A stretch of 63,769 bases of DNA, the filler included, from Folioceros fuciformis (taxonomy: Eukaryota), in assembly GCA_049999805.1 (NCBI GenBank). It is 5 parts of 5 records of this genome, joined end to end, with 100 filler letters (N's around TTAATTAATTAA, not from the genome) between each part and the next. Parts side by side here need not be neighbours in the genome. Positions count along the whole stretch, not along the records: positions 58,467 to 61,665 come from JBNGIO010006124.1; positions 61,766 to 63,769 come from JBNGIO010006189.1; 3 more parts are not named here. One strand, given 5' to 3'. The position numbers were made by a program, and so were the translations under genes. Shown piece after piece: positions 61,401 to 63,769 of the stretch; the stretch's first letter is position 1; the number at the start of each line of letters is the position of its first letter. A model generated the notes under the pieces. The model was not told where the DNA came from, searched no databases, and saw only the letters and a list, made by a program, of their open reading frames with translations.

Positions 61401-61664
61401 CCAGCGATGCTCTGGAAACACCTTATCGATGTGGTACCACTTTACAAACTTCTTGGCATCTGCTGCCCTCCAAATCATACCATCCGGCTCCATATCCCAG
61501 CCAACCTCAGCAAGCACATTTGGATCATTTGTTATGTCTTTTCGAATTGGATGCGCTTTACCCTTCGGCCTTGACTTCTGTCGAGCTGCACTCGGCGAAG
61601 AGGGCCCTGATCCCTCCAAACTTGCTAGTACTTCATACGGTGAAGGACTGCCTGGGCCATCCAC
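58467..61664 (-). CDS. Large uninterrupted ORF (>1,050 codons, both ends in gaps): helical N-domain, long coiled coil, RING-H2 finger
   Basis: Stop-free for 3.2 kb. Coiled coil LKVISRKLQVEVEEKKRELE...KKIEDLQRTV; RING-H2 CALC...CGHRYHVTC...CMCC; NLS-like RTRKRRR. Confidence 0.75.
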
Positions 61665-63057
61665 GNNNNNNNNNNNNNNNNNNNNNNNNNNNNNNNNNNN
61701 NNNNNNNNNTTAATTAATTAANNNNNNNNNNNNNNNNNNNNNNNNNNNNNNNNNNNNNNNNNNNNATTGCACTCCCTCTTCGCCCAATTTGTGAATTCTT
61801 CCTAGCTTCACCCCACATCCAGTGCGTGCAGTCTGGTGCATCAGGGAATAGCCCTGCTGCCCACTGAGTGGTACTGGTTGATCTCCCGCGCCACTAACTT
61901 GTACAGTATGATGTTCAATTTCATCATGATGGACGATTCGAGCCATCTGCTGTTATCAGCACCTTGTGTGAATGTCCAAGACTAGGCCACCACACATCCA
62001 TCCGGGCTGAATCGGATGCTTGTTTCACCTTCCAAGTAAACTGTGAGCAAGCCCCACGGCAACACGTAAGGGTCCTCCAGTGGCAGCAGTTGGCACTCCG
62101 GCGCCAAGGAAGAGAAGATGGTGCACAATAATGTCACACAGTCACTGTGGAGCATGTGTTGTTTTCAGGGCCAAGGCATAGACCTAGTTAGCGGCCAAGC
62201 CTCTTGCACTCGCAGGAGACTGAACAACCAGCTTGCCTGACTCAACGTTCAACTTGGGATCAATGGATGTGCTCTTTCCTCCTAAAAATGTTCACTATCC
62301 CACTCTCACTCGTCGGCTTCGCAACCTGCTTGGATTCACCATGCGCCTGTAGAGCCCTAGTGTAGGCAAAGTAACTCCCTAGGCTTGCGATCGACTGATG
62401 GGAGACTATCCCACGAGGCTTCCTGGTTATCCAGGATGCACTGAAGTGAGGTGGTCCAGGATCGTGACCCCTGCCAGTGCCACATGAGGGGAGGGCTGGC
62501 GTCAGCTGCTGTCATATGTGTGCGACAGGAACACAAATCGTTGGTGTGCGAGTTGCAATGAAACAAGCGCCGCGCCCTGTGGCTGGACGGCATGGTAGCC
62601 ACAGTTCTAAATGAAACCAGCTTCCCCATGCTAAGGACTCGAGGATCTGATGATGCACAGTCACCTCCGTGACTCCCGAGGCCAGCCAGTACTGCCACAT
62701 GCGGGGAAAGGAACTGGACGGCTTCCCGGAAACCTACCTGTTCCACCTCAGAGACGCACACTGTATTTTTCTATTTAGTTTTAAGAGATCGGAGATCCCG
62801 TGACCCCGTGAGGAGAGGGGAAGAGCCCGGAAGAGGGTCCAAAGGGGGAAAAGAAAACGGGGCTTTGACTGGAAGAAGGTTCGCCGTGAACACTACTCTG
62901 ACAAATGAAGCTGCAGTGGCGTGATCCGTCCCAAAGCTGACCGGCGTCACACGGTTGTCAAACTCCCAAAAAACGACACGGGTCTGGTCTCTGCCGGCGT
63001 CAGCAGTTAGCACTCCTCCTGGCTGCAGCAGTCTCTGGTCCCGTTACGCATCCCAGC

Positions 63058-63063
63058 TATAAA
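63058..63063 (+). promoter_or_regulatory. Putative TATA box of the germin-like gene
   Basis: TATAAA about 250 bp upstream of the ATG. Confidence 0.35.
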
Positions 63064-63307
63064 TGACTCTAATCTTGCTGCCCTTTCCGGTCACATCCTA
63101 GTCCCTGTTGTGAAGGCTTCCAGAGGTCCTTCCATCGCCTGAGCTCCCTAGGATCGATATCATCACGGTCGGCACGAGTGAAGGCCTAGCTGTGAATTCT
63201 CAATTTTTGAGAGCAATCCTTGCCAACCAAGCTCGCCTACAGGTGGTGGAAGGCTGCAACCTTCGGCTGCGCTGTTGCCAGTACTGCACTGCAATTCACG
63301 GTCATCC

Positions 63308-63769
63308 ATGGCTCGCTATGCCGCATCCCGGAATTTGAATCTCATGGCGGCCGCGTTCCTGGCCGCGTTGCTGGTCACCTGGACGCCCCACTTCAGTTTG
63401 GCAGCCGACGAGGACCCTCTCCAGGACTTCTGCGTGGCCCAAGCGGGCGCTCCCACCATCAACGGCGTCGTCTGCAAACCAGCCGATGAGGTGACGGCAA
63501 CCCACTTCAAGTTCTCGGGCCTCAACGGCCCCGGCAACACCGGCAACAAGTTCAAGGCTGCAGTGACGCCCGCGTCCGTCGCCCAATTCCCGGGCCTCAA
63601 CACGCTGGGGATCTCCGCCGCCCGCATTGATTTCGCTGTGGGCGGGCTCAACCCTCCGCACTCCCACCCGAGAGCCACCGAGCTGCTGTTCGTGGTGGAG
63701 GGCACTCTCGAGGTTGGATTCGTCTCGTCTAACGGGAACACGCTCTTCCAGCAGACGCTCAACAAGGGC
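63308..63769 (+). CDS. GLP: Germin-like protein (cupin), runs off window end
   Basis: Signal peptide, box A DPLQDFCVA...NGVVCK, FPGLNTLGISAARIDFA, germin box GLNPPHSHPRATELLFV. It is absent from the ORF track because there is no stop in the window. Confidence 0.95.
   Translation, partial: MARYAASRNLNLMAAAFLAALLVTWTPHFSLAADEDPLQDFCVAQAGAPTINGVVCKPADEVTATHFKFSGLNGPGNTGNKFKAAVTPASVAQFPGLNTLGISAARIDFAVGGLNPPHSHPRATELLFVVEGTLEVGFVSSNGNTLFQQTLNKG

Noticed and set aside
58474-61717. Plus-strand ORFs up to 222 aa
   Set aside because: Antisense shadows of the long minus-strand ORF.
63302-63765. Minus-strand ORFs of 121 and 149 aa
   Set aside because: Shadows of the plus-strand germin CDS.

Overview
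Nuclear genomic DNA from a land plant, most likely a seed-free lineage with flagellated sperm (it has HYDIN, a PLS-class PPR, an intron-bearing signal-peptide PPO and a germin). It is a draft assembly with several N gaps. The left 24 kb is genic: the 5' part of a multi-exon HYDIN gene (-), a GGGAC-motif repeat island, a complete but unusually compact 9-exon ATG9 (-, about 552 aa), an orphan Gly/Cys-repeat ORF (+) and a frameshifted PLS-E+ PPR gene (-). The middle (27-53 kb) is a retrotransposon nest: three degenerate Ty1/Copia elements, one of them full-length (211-bp LTRs, AGGAC TSD) and inserted in the integrase of a chromodomain Ty3/Gypsy element, plus a second Gypsy RT fragment, a GC-rich/TTAGG-like repeat block and a RING pseudogene. 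The right end holds a polyphenol oxidase (-), a decayed DDD-type (Sola/DUF7869-like) transposase, a >1,050-codon coiled-coil/RING-H2 ORF and a germin-like gene (+). The most notable observations are: accessory genes in the Copia elements (apparently spliced antisense genes between RNase H and the PPT, plus an extra ORF upstream of gag); the large RING protein next to the transposase; the tail-less ATG9; and a probably secreted PPO lacking the thioether cysteine. All family calls come from manual motif recognition, not database searches.
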